A program made the translations under genes and the position numbers. A model generated the notes under the pieces. It was given only the letters and a program-made list of their open reading frames with translations, did no database searches and had not been told where the DNA came from. A stretch of DNA of 49,354 nt. Origin: a bacterium. Lineage in GTDB: Bacteria > Chloroflexota > Limnocylindria > Limnocylindrales > Limnocylindraceae. Location of the stretch: positions 1 through 49,354 of the forward strand of contig JBAXLC010000001.1 in NCBI GenBank assembly GCA_037135015.1. The letters run 5' to 3'. Below, in pieces: positions 38,157 through 48,816 of the stretch (the first letter of the stretch is position 1; each line of letters starts with the position of its first letter).

Positions 38157-39238
38157 TGGCTGACGTCGCACAGCTCAACGCGCGACTCGCAGCGGCGCTC
38201 AAGGCGCGCGCTGAGCTTGAGGCGCAGCTGACACTTCCTGAGGTGCTCGCCGATCACACCGCCCTTGCGCGCATTGGGCGCGAGTTGTCGCGCACCGCAC
38301 CGCTCGCTGAGGCGGGCGAGGCCCTCACCGCTGCACGCCTGCGCGTGACCGATTCACGATCATTGGAGGCGGATCCAGGGGCAGACACAGAGATGCGCGA
38401 GCTTGCCGCAACCGATCGCGCTGAGGCCGAGGCGATTGAGCGCGACATCCTCGAGCGCCTCCCAGGCCTCCTCCTTGAGCCTGATCCAAACGACGGACGA
38501 GATCTGCTGATTGAAGTGCGACCAGGAGCGGGTGGCGACGAGGCCGGCATCTTCGCCGGTGAACTCTTCCGCGCCTACCTGCGCTACGCCGAACGACAAG
38601 GGTGGAAGAGCGAGGTCGATGCGATCAGCGAAACGGGCGTCGGCGGAATTCGCGAAGGTGTCATGGAGGTCTCGGGCGATGGCGCATGGGCCGCATTCAA
38701 GTGGGAGTCGGGCGTCCACCGCATTCAGCGTGTTCCCGCAACGGAGTCGGCTGGACGCATTCACACCAGCACCGCCACGGTGGTGGTGCTCCCGGTGGTG
38801 ACCGCTGTCGATCTTGTGATTCCGGAAACCGACATTCGCATTGACGTGAAGCGCGCATCAGGGAACGGCGGACAAGGGGTGAACACCACCGACTCCGCCG
38901 TGCGCATCACGCACATTCCGAGCGGCATCGTGGTGGAGATGCAAGACGAGCGCAGCCAGCTGCGCAACAAAGAGAAGGGGATGGCGATTCTGCGGAGCCG
39001 CATCATCGCCGCCGAAGAGGAGCGCAAGCGCGCCGCCGACTCCAAGGCGCGCAAGGCGCTGATCGGCAGTGGGGATCGCAGCGAGAAGATTCGTACCTAT
39101 AACGGACCACAGAACCGCGTCACCGATCACCGCATCGGGTTCGACAAGTTTGATGTGCCGGGCATTCTTGGCGGTGATCTCGCCCCATTCCATGAAGCAC
39201 TCGCCGCCGCTGAGCAGGCCGCACGACTGGCGGAATGA
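38156..39238 (+). CDS. prfA: peptide chain release factor 1
   Basis: PAT motif (RVPATES) and GGQ motif ([23 protein letters not shown]). Confidence 0.96.
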   Translation: MADVAQLNARLAAALKARAELEAQLTLPEVLADHTALARIGRELSRTAPLAEAGEALTAARLRVTDSRSLEADPGADTEMRELAATDRAEAEAIERDILERLPGLLLEPDPNDGRDLLIEVRPGAGGDEAGIFAGELFRAYLRYAERQGWKSEVDAISETGVGGIREGVMEVSGDGAWAAFKWESGVHRIQRVPATESAGRIHTSTATVVVLPVVTAVDLVIPETDIRIDVKRASGNGGQGVNTTDSAVRITHIPSGIVVEMQDERSQLRNKEKGMAILRSRIIAAEEERKRAADSKARKALIGSGDRSEKIRTYNGPQNRVTDHRIGFDKFDVPGILGGDLAPFHEALAAAEQAARLAE

Positions 39239-40338
39239 TGAGCGAGGAGCCCATCGCTAGTCGACCAGTCGTAGAACGTGAAGCGGACGGCCCTGCGCTC
39301 CTGCGCGAAGCAACGCTGCAGTTAGAGGCGGCGGGAAGCGCAACACCACGCCTTGATGCAGAGACACTACTCGCAGCGCTGCTCGGCACCCGCGTTGCTA
39401 CATTGCGTACCGCCGTTGCTGCAGGGTTTCCACTTCCACTGCCAGCGCTCATCGAGCTTCCAGAGCCGGAGCCGCTGAGCGATAGACATCCGCAACTTGC
39501 CGATGCGTTGCGCATTGCGCGCAGCGCACTACTCGCGGGCGACGCGCCATCTGCGCTCGCCGCACTCGTGCAGGAGCGCGCAACGGGTCGACCAATTAGC
39601 CACCTCACCGGGCGTCGCGGATTCCGCAGGCTAGAGCTCCTCGTCACGCCGGACGTGCTGGACCCGCGACCGGAGAGTGAGCTGATCATTGAGACGGCAC
39701 TCGCCTTTCTTGCCGACCGCGTTGCTGCCGACCGCGCGCTCGGTCGGGCACCACACCCACTCAATGCTGCGGAGATCGGCACTGGGAGCGGCGCACTTGC
39801 TGTGGCACTCGCCGACGAATCCCCAGTACCGTTGCGCCTCATCGCAACCGACATCTCTGGAGACGCGCTGATCGTGGCCCGCGCGAACGCGTTGCGCTGT
39901 GGTGTTGCGTCGCGCATCACCTTCATGCACGGTGATCTCGCCGAACCGCTCCTCGCCGCGCGTGCGCCTGGTGACCCGGCGCACCTTGACCTGCTGATTG
40001 CGAACTTGCCGTATGTGCCAACGGCCGATGTAGATGAAGCAAAAGCCGCTGCCAGCATCCGCGATCTTGCGCCGCGCGATTTGGCGCGCCTCGGCATTGC
40101 CGCAGAACCGCGCCTTGCACTCGACGGCGGCGGTGACGGGCTGGAACTGATTCGTCGACTCATCGCTGAACTGCCGCGACTGCTACACCCAGGCGGTGCC
40201 GCGCTCCTGGAATTCGGTGATGGTCAGGGCGACGACGTTGCGCGACTTGCCGATGGACTCGGCATTGGTTGGCGCGTGGCGATTCGCGGCGACCTCTCCG
40301 GTCGCGACCGCATGGCCGAAATTCGTCGGAGCGGGTAG
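39235..40338 (+). CDS. prmC: release factor glutamine N5-methyltransferase PrmC (HemK), longer than usual
   Basis: [23 protein letters not shown], the SAM motif [10 protein letters not shown], the NPPY-type IANLPYVP, and [14 protein letters not shown] overlap with the prfA stop. Confidence 0.88.
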   Translation: MMSEEPIASRPVVEREADGPALLREATLQLEAAGSATPRLDAETLLAALLGTRVATLRTAVAAGFPLPLPALIELPEPEPLSDRHPQLADALRIARSALLAGDAPSALAALVQERATGRPISHLTGRRGFRRLELLVTPDVLDPRPESELIIETALAFLADRVAADRALGRAPHPLNAAEIGTGSGALAVALADESPVPLRLIATDISGDALIVARANALRCGVASRITFMHGDLAEPLLAARAPGDPAHLDLLIANLPYVPTADVDEAKAAASIRDLAPRDLARLGIAAEPRLALDGGGDGLELIRRLIAELPRLLHPGGAALLEFGDGQGDDVARLADGLGIGWRVAIRGDLSGRDRMAEIRRSG

Positions 40339-40344
40339 CGCGTC

Positions 40345-41211
40345 ATGGCAGTGAAGCCAACACTCCCAATTCGACTTCTCGTTATGGATCTCGATGGAAC
40401 GCTGCTGCCACATGGTGGCGTCATCGCCGAGCGCACCATTGATGCGATCCGCGCGGCGCGCGCCAAGGGGGTGATCGCCACAATCTCGTCGGGGCGCAAC
40501 GTGCCGTCGTTCATTGAGTACGCGCATCAGATCGGACTCGACGGCCCGCTGATTGGTATGCAGGGGGCGATCGCGCGCGAGATCCCGCCTATCGGTGTGA
40601 CCGGGTCAGGGCGCCTGATCCGGCACTCCCCCCTCCCAGGTCATCTTGGGGCGAAGGCGGTCGCCTGGTGTCGCGAGAACAACCTCTGGGGCCATGCGGT
40701 GATCCGTGACGACTACCGCCTCGATGCCCGTGATCCGCATGTGCGCCAGTACGAGACCTGGCTGCAGGGGGATGCTCGGAAGCGCCTCGGCACGGTGCCG
40801 GACCTCGTCTCCTACCTCGCCGAGCGCAAGGTGCACCTCTCCAAGGTGGTTGCCCACGCCCCCGAGGGTCATGTGGACGGGGTGCTCGACCGAGCCCGGG
40901 CCGCCTTCGCTGGGCAGCTCGATGTGACCATCAGCCACCCCGAATACCTGGAGTTCACCGCCCCTGGGGTCAATAAGGGGGCCGCACTCCGCTGGCTCGC
41001 CCGCCGCCTCAAGATCCCCCTCGGCCAGGTGATGGCCATCGGCGACCAGTACAACGACCTAGAGATGCTCGACGTGGCCGGGCACGGGGTGGCGATGGCT
41101 GGGGCGCCTGGACCGGTGCGCGCCGTGGCGCAATACGAGGCACCCCGTTGTGAAGATGATGGTGCAGCGCGCATGATTGAGCGCCTGATCCTCGGATCAG
41201 CGGGAGAATAG
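40345..41211 (+). CDS. HAD-IIB (Cof-type) phosphatase
   Basis: LLVMDLDGTLL near the N-terminus, ISSGRN, and a C-terminal AIGDQYNDLEML. Confidence 0.8.
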   Translation: MAVKPTLPIRLLVMDLDGTLLPHGGVIAERTIDAIRAARAKGVIATISSGRNVPSFIEYAHQIGLDGPLIGMQGAIAREIPPIGVTGSGRLIRHSPLPGHLGAKAVAWCRENNLWGHAVIRDDYRLDARDPHVRQYETWLQGDARKRLGTVPDLVSYLAERKVHLSKVVAHAPEGHVDGVLDRARAAFAGQLDVTISHPEYLEFTAPGVNKGAALRWLARRLKIPLGQVMAIGDQYNDLEMLDVAGHGVAMAGAPGPVRAVAQYEAPRCEDDGAARMIERLILGSAGE

Positions 41212-41253
41212 GGGTCAAGCACCCGTAGCTGGGCAGAGAAGAGGGAGGGGACC

Positions 41254-42555
41254 ATGAGCAACGCGGCACACGATCCGTTGATGAACCTGAGCCTTCGCAA
41301 GGTTGACCCTGAGCTTGACGCCATCTTCGTGAAAGAGGCGGTGCGTCAGCGCGACCACATTGAGCTGATCGCCTCCGAGAACTACACCTACGCCGCCGTG
41401 CGCGAGGCGCAGGGCTCCATCCTTACTAACAAGTATGCCGAGGGCCTCCCAGGGAAGCGCTACTACGCCGGTTGTGAATTTGTTGACGAAGCCGAGAACC
41501 TTGCGCGCAGTCGTGCGCTGCAACTCTTTGTTGGCAGCGAACATGTGAACGTGCAGCCGCACTCTGGCGCCTCCGCCAACATCGCAACATTCACCGCCTC
41601 GATGTCACCAGGCGACTCATTCGTTGCCATGAGCCTCGATCAGGGCGGACACCTTTCACACGGCGCATCGGTCAACATTTCCGGAAAGTGGTTCAAGCCA
41701 ACCTTCTACGGCGTACGAGCCGATGACGGACTTGTGGATTGGGATGCGGTGCAGCGCGCCGTTGATGAGGCGAAGCCGAAGGTCGTCATCGCTGGCGCAT
41801 CGGCGTATCCGCGCGTTCTTGACTTTGAAAAGTTTGCTGCGATCACACATGCTGCTGGCGCGAAGCTCATGGTTGACATGGCGCACATCTCTGGACTCGT
41901 TGCGGCAGGTCTGCACCCAAGCCCGTTCCCACACGCCGACTACGTCACCACCACAACGCACAAGACGTTGCGCGGACCGCGTGGCGGCATGATCTTTGCG
42001 CGAGCTGATGAAGCGGCAGCTATCGATAGGGCCGTCTTTCCTGGAAACCAGGGCGGGCCACTGATGCACGTGATCGCAGCGAAGGCGGTTGCCTTTAAGT
42101 TGGCACTACAGCCTGAGTTCCGTGCGTATATGCAGCGAACGCTCGATAACGCACAGGCACTCGCCGCAGCGCTCGCCGCACGCGGATTCGGTGTGATCAC
42201 TGGGGGCACCGATAACCACCTGATCCTCTGCGACGTGACGCCACTTGGCGTAACGGGCAAGGAGGCCACCGCCGCGCTCGAAGCGGTGGGCGTGACGATC
42301 AACAAGAACAGCATTCCGGGCGAGACGCGTTCGCCGATGGTGACGAGCGGCGTTCGCTACGGTACGCCGGCCGCAACCACGCGTGGCATGGGGCTCGCCG
42401 AGATGGAGCAGATCGCACAGTGGTCAGTAGAGGCGATCGCCGCACGCGAAGATGTGACTAAGCTTGAGCAGATCCGCCGAGAGGTGGTGAAGGTCGCCCA
42501 GCAATTCCCCGTGCCCGGTAACGATGCTGCGGAGCAAGCGGCACGCGAGAGCTAA
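41254..42555 (+). CDS. glyA: serine hydroxymethyltransferase
   Basis: IELIASENYT...NKYAEGLPGKRYYAGCE...TTTTHKTLRGPRGG (PLP lysine motif). Confidence 0.97.
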   Translation: MSNAAHDPLMNLSLRKVDPELDAIFVKEAVRQRDHIELIASENYTYAAVREAQGSILTNKYAEGLPGKRYYAGCEFVDEAENLARSRALQLFVGSEHVNVQPHSGASANIATFTASMSPGDSFVAMSLDQGGHLSHGASVNISGKWFKPTFYGVRADDGLVDWDAVQRAVDEAKPKVVIAGASAYPRVLDFEKFAAITHAAGAKLMVDMAHISGLVAAGLHPSPFPHADYVTTTTHKTLRGPRGGMIFARADEAAAIDRAVFPGNQGGPLMHVIAAKAVAFKLALQPEFRAYMQRTLDNAQALAAALAARGFGVITGGTDNHLILCDVTPLGVTGKEATAALEAVGVTINKNSIPGETRSPMVTSGVRYGTPAATTRGMGLAEMEQIAQWSVEAIAAREDVTKLEQIRREVVKVAQQFPVPGNDAAEQAARES

Positions 42556-43595
42556 TGGAGAAGGCTCCGCTCTATCTCGCCATTGCCGCGCTGGCAGCGG
42601 TCGTCGCTCTTGTCGGCACACAGCTGGTACGCCGCGTTGCCGTAGCGTTCAATCTTGCCGATGTGCCGAACGAGCGTCGCATCAATACAACCCTGATGCC
42701 GCGCGCTGGCGGGTTCGCCGTTGCGCTCTCCCTCTTCTTGGTTGGCGCGACGGTGACGATCCTTGCGGCGCCACTTGGCCTTACGGGCGGCACACCGCTT
42801 CCGAGCTCTGGCATTGCCGCGCTGCTCTTCGGCGTCTTGCTCGCTGGCGTGATTGGTCTCGCCGACGATCGCTTCGATCTACGCGCGCGCTGGCAGCTTG
42901 CTGGGCAGCTGGTGATTGCGGCAGTACCGATCGCGTTCGGGGTCCGCATTGCGATCCTTTCGAATCCGTTCGGCGCAGGCGACCTCCTCATCCCTGACGC
43001 CATTGGGCTTGCGCTCACCCTCTTCTGGGCCCTCGGTATGCAGAACGCCATGAACTTCATTGACGGGCTCGACGGCCTCTCGGGCGGGATCGCCCTCATC
43101 GCTGCGGTCACCCTTGGGGTGATCGCCCTCCCGGCGACCCCCCTCCTCGCCGCCCTCTGCTTCGCCTTGGCGGGCGCGCTCGCCGGCTTCCTGCGACACA
43201 ACTTCTACCCCGCCTCTATCTATATGGGGACGAGTGGGATCTTGGCGGTCGCCTACGCCCTCGCGGTCCTCTCCCTCCTCGGCACCGCCAAGGTTGTCGC
43301 CGCGCTGCTGATCCTGGGGGTGCCCATCATTGATGCCTTCTTCGTCATCGTGGGGCGGCTCCTGGCGGGGCGCTCCCCATATAGCGCCGACAAGACTCAC
43401 ATCCACCAGCGCCTGATCGACGCGGGGCTCAGCCACCGCGGGGCCGTCCTCGCCCTCTACGGCGTCACCCTCCTCCTCTCGGTTGGGGCGGTTGTGCTGA
43501 CCGCAAGTGCCGCCCTCTATGCCTTCGCTGGGCTCCTTGTCGTACTCGGCGGGGCGATCGTCTGGCTCTCGCGACGAGCGGAGCGGCGCGCATGA
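42555..43595 (+). CDS. MraY/WecA family polyprenyl-phosphate N-acetylhexosamine-1-phosphate transferase
   Basis: Polytopic membrane protein. GLADDRFDL and NAMNFIDGLDGLSGG are GT4-family signatures. It sits just before the atp operon, like rfe/wecA in actinobacteria. Confidence 0.85.
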   Translation: MEKAPLYLAIAALAAVVALVGTQLVRRVAVAFNLADVPNERRINTTLMPRAGGFAVALSLFLVGATVTILAAPLGLTGGTPLPSSGIAALLFGVLLAGVIGLADDRFDLRARWQLAGQLVIAAVPIAFGVRIAILSNPFGAGDLLIPDAIGLALTLFWALGMQNAMNFIDGLDGLSGGIALIAAVTLGVIALPATPLLAALCFALAGALAGFLRHNFYPASIYMGTSGILAVAYALAVLSLLGTAKVVAALLILGVPIIDAFFVIVGRLLAGRSPYSADKTHIHQRLIDAGLSHRGAVLALYGVTLLLSVGAVVLTASAALYAFAGLLVVLGGAIVWLSRRAERRA

Positions 43596-43702
43596 GGAAC
43601 CACACCCCAGCCCCAAAAAACGAACGCGAGTTTGGCGACCCTCCGCTAGAATCGGGCGTAGCAGACGCGCCACAAGGGCTGACCACAATCGGTGGCAAGG
43701 GC

Positions 43703-43969
43703 ATGTATCTCACGCTCTTCTCGCAGATTGGAGTGATGCTGTTGGTAACGACGTTAGGTGGCGCGCTGGGCGGCGATTGGCTTGATGGCAAGCTCGGGAG
43801 CCGGCCGTTCGGGCTGGTCTTCGGCTTTGTCGGAGGCTTTCTCGTTGGCTCAGTCGGATCGGCACGGTTGATCCGAAGAGTGCTGGCGACACTTGACCTA
43901 CTGGACAGTGCAGAGGCCGCACGACGACAGAGAGCGCGCATAGACGCGGAGAGGGGGAGGGCGAAGTGA
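43703..43969 (+). CDS. AtpZ/AtpI-like small membrane protein of the ATP synthase operon
   Basis: 88 aa from ATG 43703 with two TM helices (LLVTTLGGALGGDWLD, FGLVFGFVGGFLVGS). GTGA overlap with the atpB start. The track start at 43592 is likely too long. Confidence 0.55.
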   Translation: MYLTLFSQIGVMLLVTTLGGALGGDWLDGKLGSRPFGLVFGFVGGFLVGSVGSARLIRRVLATLDLLDSAEAARRQRARIDAERGRAK

Positions 43970-44910
43970 CCGTAGCGGCTCAGCGAACCTCGCCGAAGCG
44001 CATGCTCCTCATCGGCGCCCTCATCGTACTGATCGTTGACGTTGCCGCCGCTCTCCTTACCAGAGGTGAGGGGCTCGTCGGATTCCCAGGCACCGTGATT
44101 CGACAGGCCCTTGAGCCCATCGTGCCGCACGCTGTCATTAATCTCGGCAGCGAGGAGCATCACGCCGCTGCGCTCCTCGATTTCTACCCTTCGATCACCG
44201 GTTCGATCATCATGACCTGGATCGTTATGGCGGTCGTGATTCTGCTCTTCGCGCTAGTCGCGCGAAGGCTGACGGAGATTCCCGGGAAGATTCAGAACGC
44301 TCTGGAGTTTGCGATCGAGGCGCTCTCAGGATTTGCAAAGGGGATCGGCGGCGTCGGCTCTGAAAAGTTCCTCCCCCTCTTCCTCGCAGTATTTATCTTT
44401 ATCGTTGCGTCAAATTGGTCTGGCCTCATCCCTGGTGTCGGGCGACTGCACGCCTTCCGCGCGCCAACGAGTGATGTGAACGTCACCGTGGGCATGGCCC
44501 TGGTGATGTTCGGCTACTTCCACTACCAAGGGATTCGCGCCCTCGGTGCTGGCTCCTACTTCGGAAAATTCTTCAGCCTCAAGCGCGGGCCCGTTGGCCT
44601 CTTTGTTGGACTGATTGAATTTCTCCTGGAATTTGTGAAGCCGGTCGCGCTCTCCATGCGTCTATTCGGCAACATCTACGGCGGCGAGCTGGCGCTGACC
44701 GTAATGACCACGATCACCTTCGCCTTCATCCCCGTCGCCCTCTACGGGCTTGAGCTCTTCGTCGGGCTCATGCAGGGGATTATTTTCAGCGTCCTCGTGT
44801 TGGTCTTCACCATGCTTGCCATGGAGGGGCACCACGAGGAGGGCCATGAGGAGCATCCAGCGAAGGGTCATACCGACGCGGGAGCGGAATCGAAAGTTGC
44901 GGCACACTAG
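43966..44910 (+). CDS. atpB: F0F1 ATP synthase subunit a
   Basis: Contains LSMRLFGNIYGGE (conserved Arg) and multiple TM helices. First structural gene of the atp operon. Confidence 0.93.
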   Translation: MTVAAQRTSPKRMLLIGALIVLIVDVAAALLTRGEGLVGFPGTVIRQALEPIVPHAVINLGSEEHHAAALLDFYPSITGSIIMTWIVMAVVILLFALVARRLTEIPGKIQNALEFAIEALSGFAKGIGGVGSEKFLPLFLAVFIFIVASNWSGLIPGVGRLHAFRAPTSDVNVTVGMALVMFGYFHYQGIRALGAGSYFGKFFSLKRGPVGLFVGLIEFLLEFVKPVALSMRLFGNIYGGELALTVMTTITFAFIPVALYGLELFVGLMQGIIFSVLVLVFTMLAMEGHHEEGHEEHPAKGHTDAGAESKVAAH

Positions 44911-44985
44911 CCGTAGCTGAGGAGCAGCCCGGTCGGGTATTCGGCATAGGTCCGGGTAGCGACCACAAGTAGGAGGAACAGAGCG

Positions 44986-45198
44986 ATGGACAACCTTCCA
45001 GGCGGAATCGCAGCACTCGGCGTGATCGGGCCAGCCATCGGCGTAGGCCTTGCAGCAGCAGCTGCGGCGACGGCAATCGGGCGCAACCCTGAGGCCGCAG
45101 GCCCAGTGCGTGGCGTCTTCATCCTTGGCGCAGCGTTTGCTGAAGGCCTCGGCGTTCTCGCAATCGTGCTCGGCATTCTTACCCTCGTCCTGAAGTAG
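44986..45198 (+). CDS. atpE: F0F1 ATP synthase subunit c
   Basis: 70-aa hairpin protein with GRNPE and the carboxylate AFAEGLG. AGGAGGA lies upstream. Confidence 0.95.
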   Translation: MDNLPGGIAALGVIGPAIGVGLAAAAAATAIGRNPEAAGPVRGVFILGAAFAEGLGVLAIVLGILTLVLK

Positions 45199-45219
45199 TC
45201 GACGAGTTAGGTAGGGCTG

Positions 45220-45792
45220 GTGCAGCACATGATGCACGCGATTATTCAGGCGGCGATTCGAGCCGCAGAGGTGCCCGAGCCGGGCGTACCTGCTGAGGCT
45301 GGGATCAGCTTCAACCTGTTCTGGATCTTGGTCTCCGCGGCAAACTTCGGCTTCTTCATCTTGGTCCTTCGCGCCGTTGCGCTCGGACCTGTCATGAAGA
45401 TGCTTGACGAGCGCCGTGAGCGCATTGAGCGCGGGCTGCGCGATGCGGCCGAGGCCATGATCGCCAAGAGTCGCGCGGAAGAGGCGGCGGGCGTTGCGCT
45501 CGCCGACGCTCGACGCGAGTCGAACGAGATCCGCGCCAATGCCGACAAGGCTGCGGCACAGATTCGCGATGAGCAGGTCGCCACACTGAAGGCGGAGTTG
45601 GATCGCATGCGAGTCGACGCCACCAAGGAGATTGAGGCGGCGCGCGTCAGCGCACTCGCCGCAATCCGCAGTGAGGTTGCCGATCTGGCCATTGGTGCCG
45701 CCACGAAGGTGGTCGGCTCCTCGATGGACGGCGATCGCCAGCGCGCCCTGGTGGGCGAGTTCTTGGACGAGCAGTCCAAGAAGGGGAACTGA
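45220..45792 (+). CDS. atpF: F0F1 ATP synthase subunit b
   Basis: One N-terminal TM helix, then a long charged helix (LDERRERIERGLRDAAEA...). The start is uncertain (GTG 45220 or ATG 45229/45232). Confidence 0.88.
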   Translation: MQHMMHAIIQAAIRAAEVPEPGVPAEAGISFNLFWILVSAANFGFFILVLRAVALGPVMKMLDERRERIERGLRDAAEAMIAKSRAEEAAGVALADARRESNEIRANADKAAAQIRDEQVATLKAELDRMRVDATKEIEAARVSALAAIRSEVADLAIGAATKVVGSSMDGDRQRALVGEFLDEQSKKGN

Positions 45793-45794
45793 TC

Positions 45795-46340
45795 GTGGAT
45801 CGACCGCTCGGCTCTGCACGACGATATGCAGCGGCACTCCTTGGCCTGGCCAAGGACGCGTCGTCGGCGGCATCGCAGGCAGACGAGCTCGACCGCCTCG
45901 CGGCGGTTCTTGCGGCACCGGGTGCTCGCCAGATTCTTGACGACCCACGCACGCCAGCAGCTGGTCGTGTGGCGGCACTCGAGAAGGCGGCGGGCGGCAC
46001 GGTCAGCGCGCACATTCACACGTTGGTCGGCATGTTGGCGCGACGACGCACCCTTGCGTCAGTCCCGGCAATTGCCGAGGCAACACGCGACGCGCTGAAT
46101 GCGCGCAACGGCGTCACCATTGCACGCGTGGTCACCGCCCTTGAGGCGAGCCCTGCGGAGCGCACGCGATTCGAAACCGAGGCCACCACGATGGCGGGCC
46201 GCGCAGTTCAGATGTCGTACGAAGTAGATGCAAGCCTCGTCGGCGGAGCAACGCTCCGTGTTGGCGATCGACTTGTGGATGGCAGCGTTAAGGGGCGGCT
46301 CTCGCGAATGCGCGAGCGGATCCTCTCGGTCGCCGGCTGA
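45795..46340 (+). CDS. atpH: F0F1 ATP synthase subunit delta
   Basis: 181 aa. RRYAAALLGLAKD at the N-terminus and a C-terminal GGATLRVGDRLVDGSVKGRL are OSCP/delta patterns. Confidence 0.9.
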   Translation: MDRPLGSARRYAAALLGLAKDASSAASQADELDRLAAVLAAPGARQILDDPRTPAAGRVAALEKAAGGTVSAHIHTLVGMLARRRTLASVPAIAEATRDALNARNGVTIARVVTALEASPAERTRFETEATTMAGRAVQMSYEVDASLVGGATLRVGDRLVDGSVKGRLSRMRERILSVAG

Positions 46341-46379
46341 ACCGGCAGAGCGCGTAGAGCAGCGAGGAGCGAGAAGATC

Positions 46380-47912
46380 ATGGCAATTAAGTCCGACGAG
46401 ATCATCAGCATTCTGAAGGCCCAGATCGAAGGGTTCGATGGGAGCGCCGAGTCGCGCACCGTCGGCACCGTTGTTGAGGTGGGCGATGGCATTGCACAGG
46501 TCTACGGACTTTCAGGCGCGCTCTCGTCTGAACTTCTGGAGTTCCCAAACGGCGTTGCTGGCATGGCCTTGAACCTTGGTGAAGAGACGGTCGGCGCCGT
46601 GCTCCTTGGCGACGCGAAGTCCATCAAGGAAGGCGACACCGTCAAGACGACCGGCAGGGTTGTTGAGGTGCCAGTTGGCCCCGAGCTCATCGGACGTGTT
46701 GTTGACCCACTCGGTCGACCGCTCGACGGCAAGGGCCCAATCAACGCAAAGAAGTCGCGCCCAGTTGAGCGCATCGCTCCGGGCGTTATCAGCCGCAAGT
46801 CGGTAACGACACCAGTGCAGACCGGCATCAAGGCCGTTGACGCACTGATTCCAATCGGTCGCGGTCAGCGCGAGTTGATCATTGGCGACCGCCAGACCGG
46901 CAAGACCGCCGTTGCTGTCGACACGATCATCAATCAGAAGGGGAAGGGCCTCATCTGCATCTACGTCGCGATCGGTCAGAAGCTCTCGACCGTGCGCACC
47001 GTTGTGGCGCAGCTCGAGAAGCAGGGCGCCATGGCGCACACCGTAGTGGTGGTTGCCGGCGCTGAAGATCCAGCACCACTCCAGTACCTCGCACCATTCG
47101 CCGGTTGCGCGATTGGCGAAGAGATCATGGAGAACGGCGTCACGATTGACGGCGTGCTCGTGCGCGACGCACTCTGCGTCTACGACGACCTCTCGAAGCA
47201 CGCGGTTGCGTATCGCGAGATGGCGCTGCTCTTGCGCCGACCACCAGGACGCGAAGCCTACCCAGGCGACGTCTTCTATCTGCACAGCCGTCTGTTGGAG
47301 CGCGCAGCGCGCCTCTCCGATGACCTCGGCGGCGGCTCACTGACGGCGCTGCCGATCATTGAGACGCAGGCGGGTGACGTGTCGGCGTACATTCCGACGA
47401 ACGTCATCTCGATCACCGACGGCCAGATCTTCTTGGAGACCGACCTCTTCAACGCCGGTCAGCGACCAGCGGTGAACGTGGGTATCTCCGTATCGCGCGT
47501 GGGTTCCGCCGCGCAGACGAAGGCGATGAAGAAGGTTGCCGGTCCGTTGAAGCTCGACCTTGCGCAGTACCGCGAACTTGCGGCCTTCGCACAGTTCTCG
47601 GGCGACCTTGACAAGTCGACACGCGACCAGCTGACGCGCGGCGAGAAGCTCTCGTCGATCATGCGCCAGCCGCAGTACCAGCCGGTCTCGATGGAGCGAC
47701 AGGTTGCGATTCTGTATGTGGCATCGAAGGGGAAGCTCGACGACGTACCAACGCCACGCGTTGGTGAGTTTGAGTCGGGCTTCGGCACCTTCCTTGAGCG
47801 CGAGCGCACCACGATCCTGACGAGCATCGCCAAGGAGAACGCGATCTCTGACGATACGGCGAAGGGTCTCGATGAGGCCGTCGACGCATTCCGAAAGGGG
47901 TTCCTCGCCTAA
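46380..47912 (+). CDS. atpA: F0F1 ATP synthase subunit alpha
   Basis: Walker [10 protein letters not shown]. Full-length match to the alpha subunit, including [20 protein letters not shown]. Confidence 0.98.
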   Translation: MAIKSDEIISILKAQIEGFDGSAESRTVGTVVEVGDGIAQVYGLSGALSSELLEFPNGVAGMALNLGEETVGAVLLGDAKSIKEGDTVKTTGRVVEVPVGPELIGRVVDPLGRPLDGKGPINAKKSRPVERIAPGVISRKSVTTPVQTGIKAVDALIPIGRGQRELIIGDRQTGKTAVAVDTIINQKGKGLICIYVAIGQKLSTVRTVVAQLEKQGAMAHTVVVVAGAEDPAPLQYLAPFAGCAIGEEIMENGVTIDGVLVRDALCVYDDLSKHAVAYREMALLLRRPPGREAYPGDVFYLHSRLLERAARLSDDLGGGSLTALPIIETQAGDVSAYIPTNVISITDGQIFLETDLFNAGQRPAVNVGISVSRVGSAAQTKAMKKVAGPLKLDLAQYRELAAFAQFSGDLDKSTRDQLTRGEKLSSIMRQPQYQPVSMERQVAILYVASKGKLDDVPTPRVGEFESGFGTFLERERTTILTSIAKENAISDDTAKGLDEAVDAFRKGFLA

Positions 47913-47939
47913 CGGCGAGGGGCGAGCGGCGAGGAGAGC

Positions 47940-48794
47940 ATGCCAAGTCAGCGTGAGATTCGACGACGAATCGGATCGGTGAAGAACATTCGCCAGATCA
48001 CCCGCGCCATGCAGTTCGTTGCCGCCTCAAAGCTGAAGCGCGCCCAAGACGCCACGCTGGCGAGCCGCCCCTACGGGCACTCGATTGATGAGGTCATCGC
48101 CGACCTGGCGGCTGTGCTGGGCGAAGAGGGGCATCCGCTCCTTCGCAGCCCAGAGAGCGGCGCACCGCGCACGATCGTGCTCTTCACGACCGACCGCGGC
48201 CTCGCCGGCGCCTTGAACAGCAACCTGATCCGCTTCGCCCTGAAGGAGCTCGAGACGGCCGGCGCAGGGAGCACGATCATCACCATCGGCAAGAAGGGGC
48301 GCGATGCCCTCGCCCGCGGCGGCTACGAGATCAGCGCCGCCTTCCCTGGGTACGGCGATAAGCCGACCTTCGGTGACGTCACCGCACTCGTCAGTCTCCT
48401 CGTTGGCGACTTCCTGGCGGGTCGCTCGGCGGGCGTCACTCTGATTCACCCAGCCTTCATCTCGACGCTGACGCAGCGCCCAGAGGCGGTGCAGCTGCTT
48501 CCAATCAAGGCGTCGGCTGACACTGCCGGCATCCCTGGGAACCAGTTCCTCTTTGAGCCCGACCCAGCGGCGGTGCTTGAGGCGCTGCTGCCCCGCTACG
48601 TTGCGACACGCATCTTCCAGGGCGTGCTCGAGACCACGGCATGCGAGCAGTCGAGCCGCATGGTGGCGATGAAGAACGCAACAGAGAATGCAGGAGACCT
48701 CATTAGCGATCTCACGCTCACGTATAACAAGGTGCGACAGTCGAACATTACGCGTGAAATGATCGAAATTGCTTCAGGCGCAAGCGCGAACTGA
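47940..48794 (+). CDS. atpG: F0F1 ATP synthase subunit gamma
   Basis: [26 protein letters not shown] at the N-terminus and a C-terminal [18 protein letters not shown]. Confidence 0.95.
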   Translation: MPSQREIRRRIGSVKNIRQITRAMQFVAASKLKRAQDATLASRPYGHSIDEVIADLAAVLGEEGHPLLRSPESGAPRTIVLFTTDRGLAGALNSNLIRFALKELETAGAGSTIITIGKKGRDALARGGYEISAAFPGYGDKPTFGDVTALVSLLVGDFLAGRSAGVTLIHPAFISTLTQRPEAVQLLPIKASADTAGIPGNQFLFEPDPAAVLEALLPRYVATRIFQGVLETTACEQSSRMVAMKNATENAGDLISDLTLTYNKVRQSNITREMIEIASGASAN

Positions 48795-48816
48795 AGATAG
48801 AAAGGCAGGAGGAGTG

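Noticed and set aside
39120-40163. 347-aa minus-strand ORF antisense to prmC
   Set aside because: It is Ser/Ala/Arg/Pro-rich low-complexity sequence with no recognisable motifs. The opposite strand encodes a clear PrmC. Long stop-free antisense frames are expected at this GC content.
44662-45978. 438-aa minus-strand ORF spanning atpB-atpE-atpF-atpH in antisense
   Set aside because: It crosses three intergenic gaps of a conserved operon. Its composition is Arg/Gly/Asp/Cys-rich with no domain pattern. This is a GC-driven shadow ORF.
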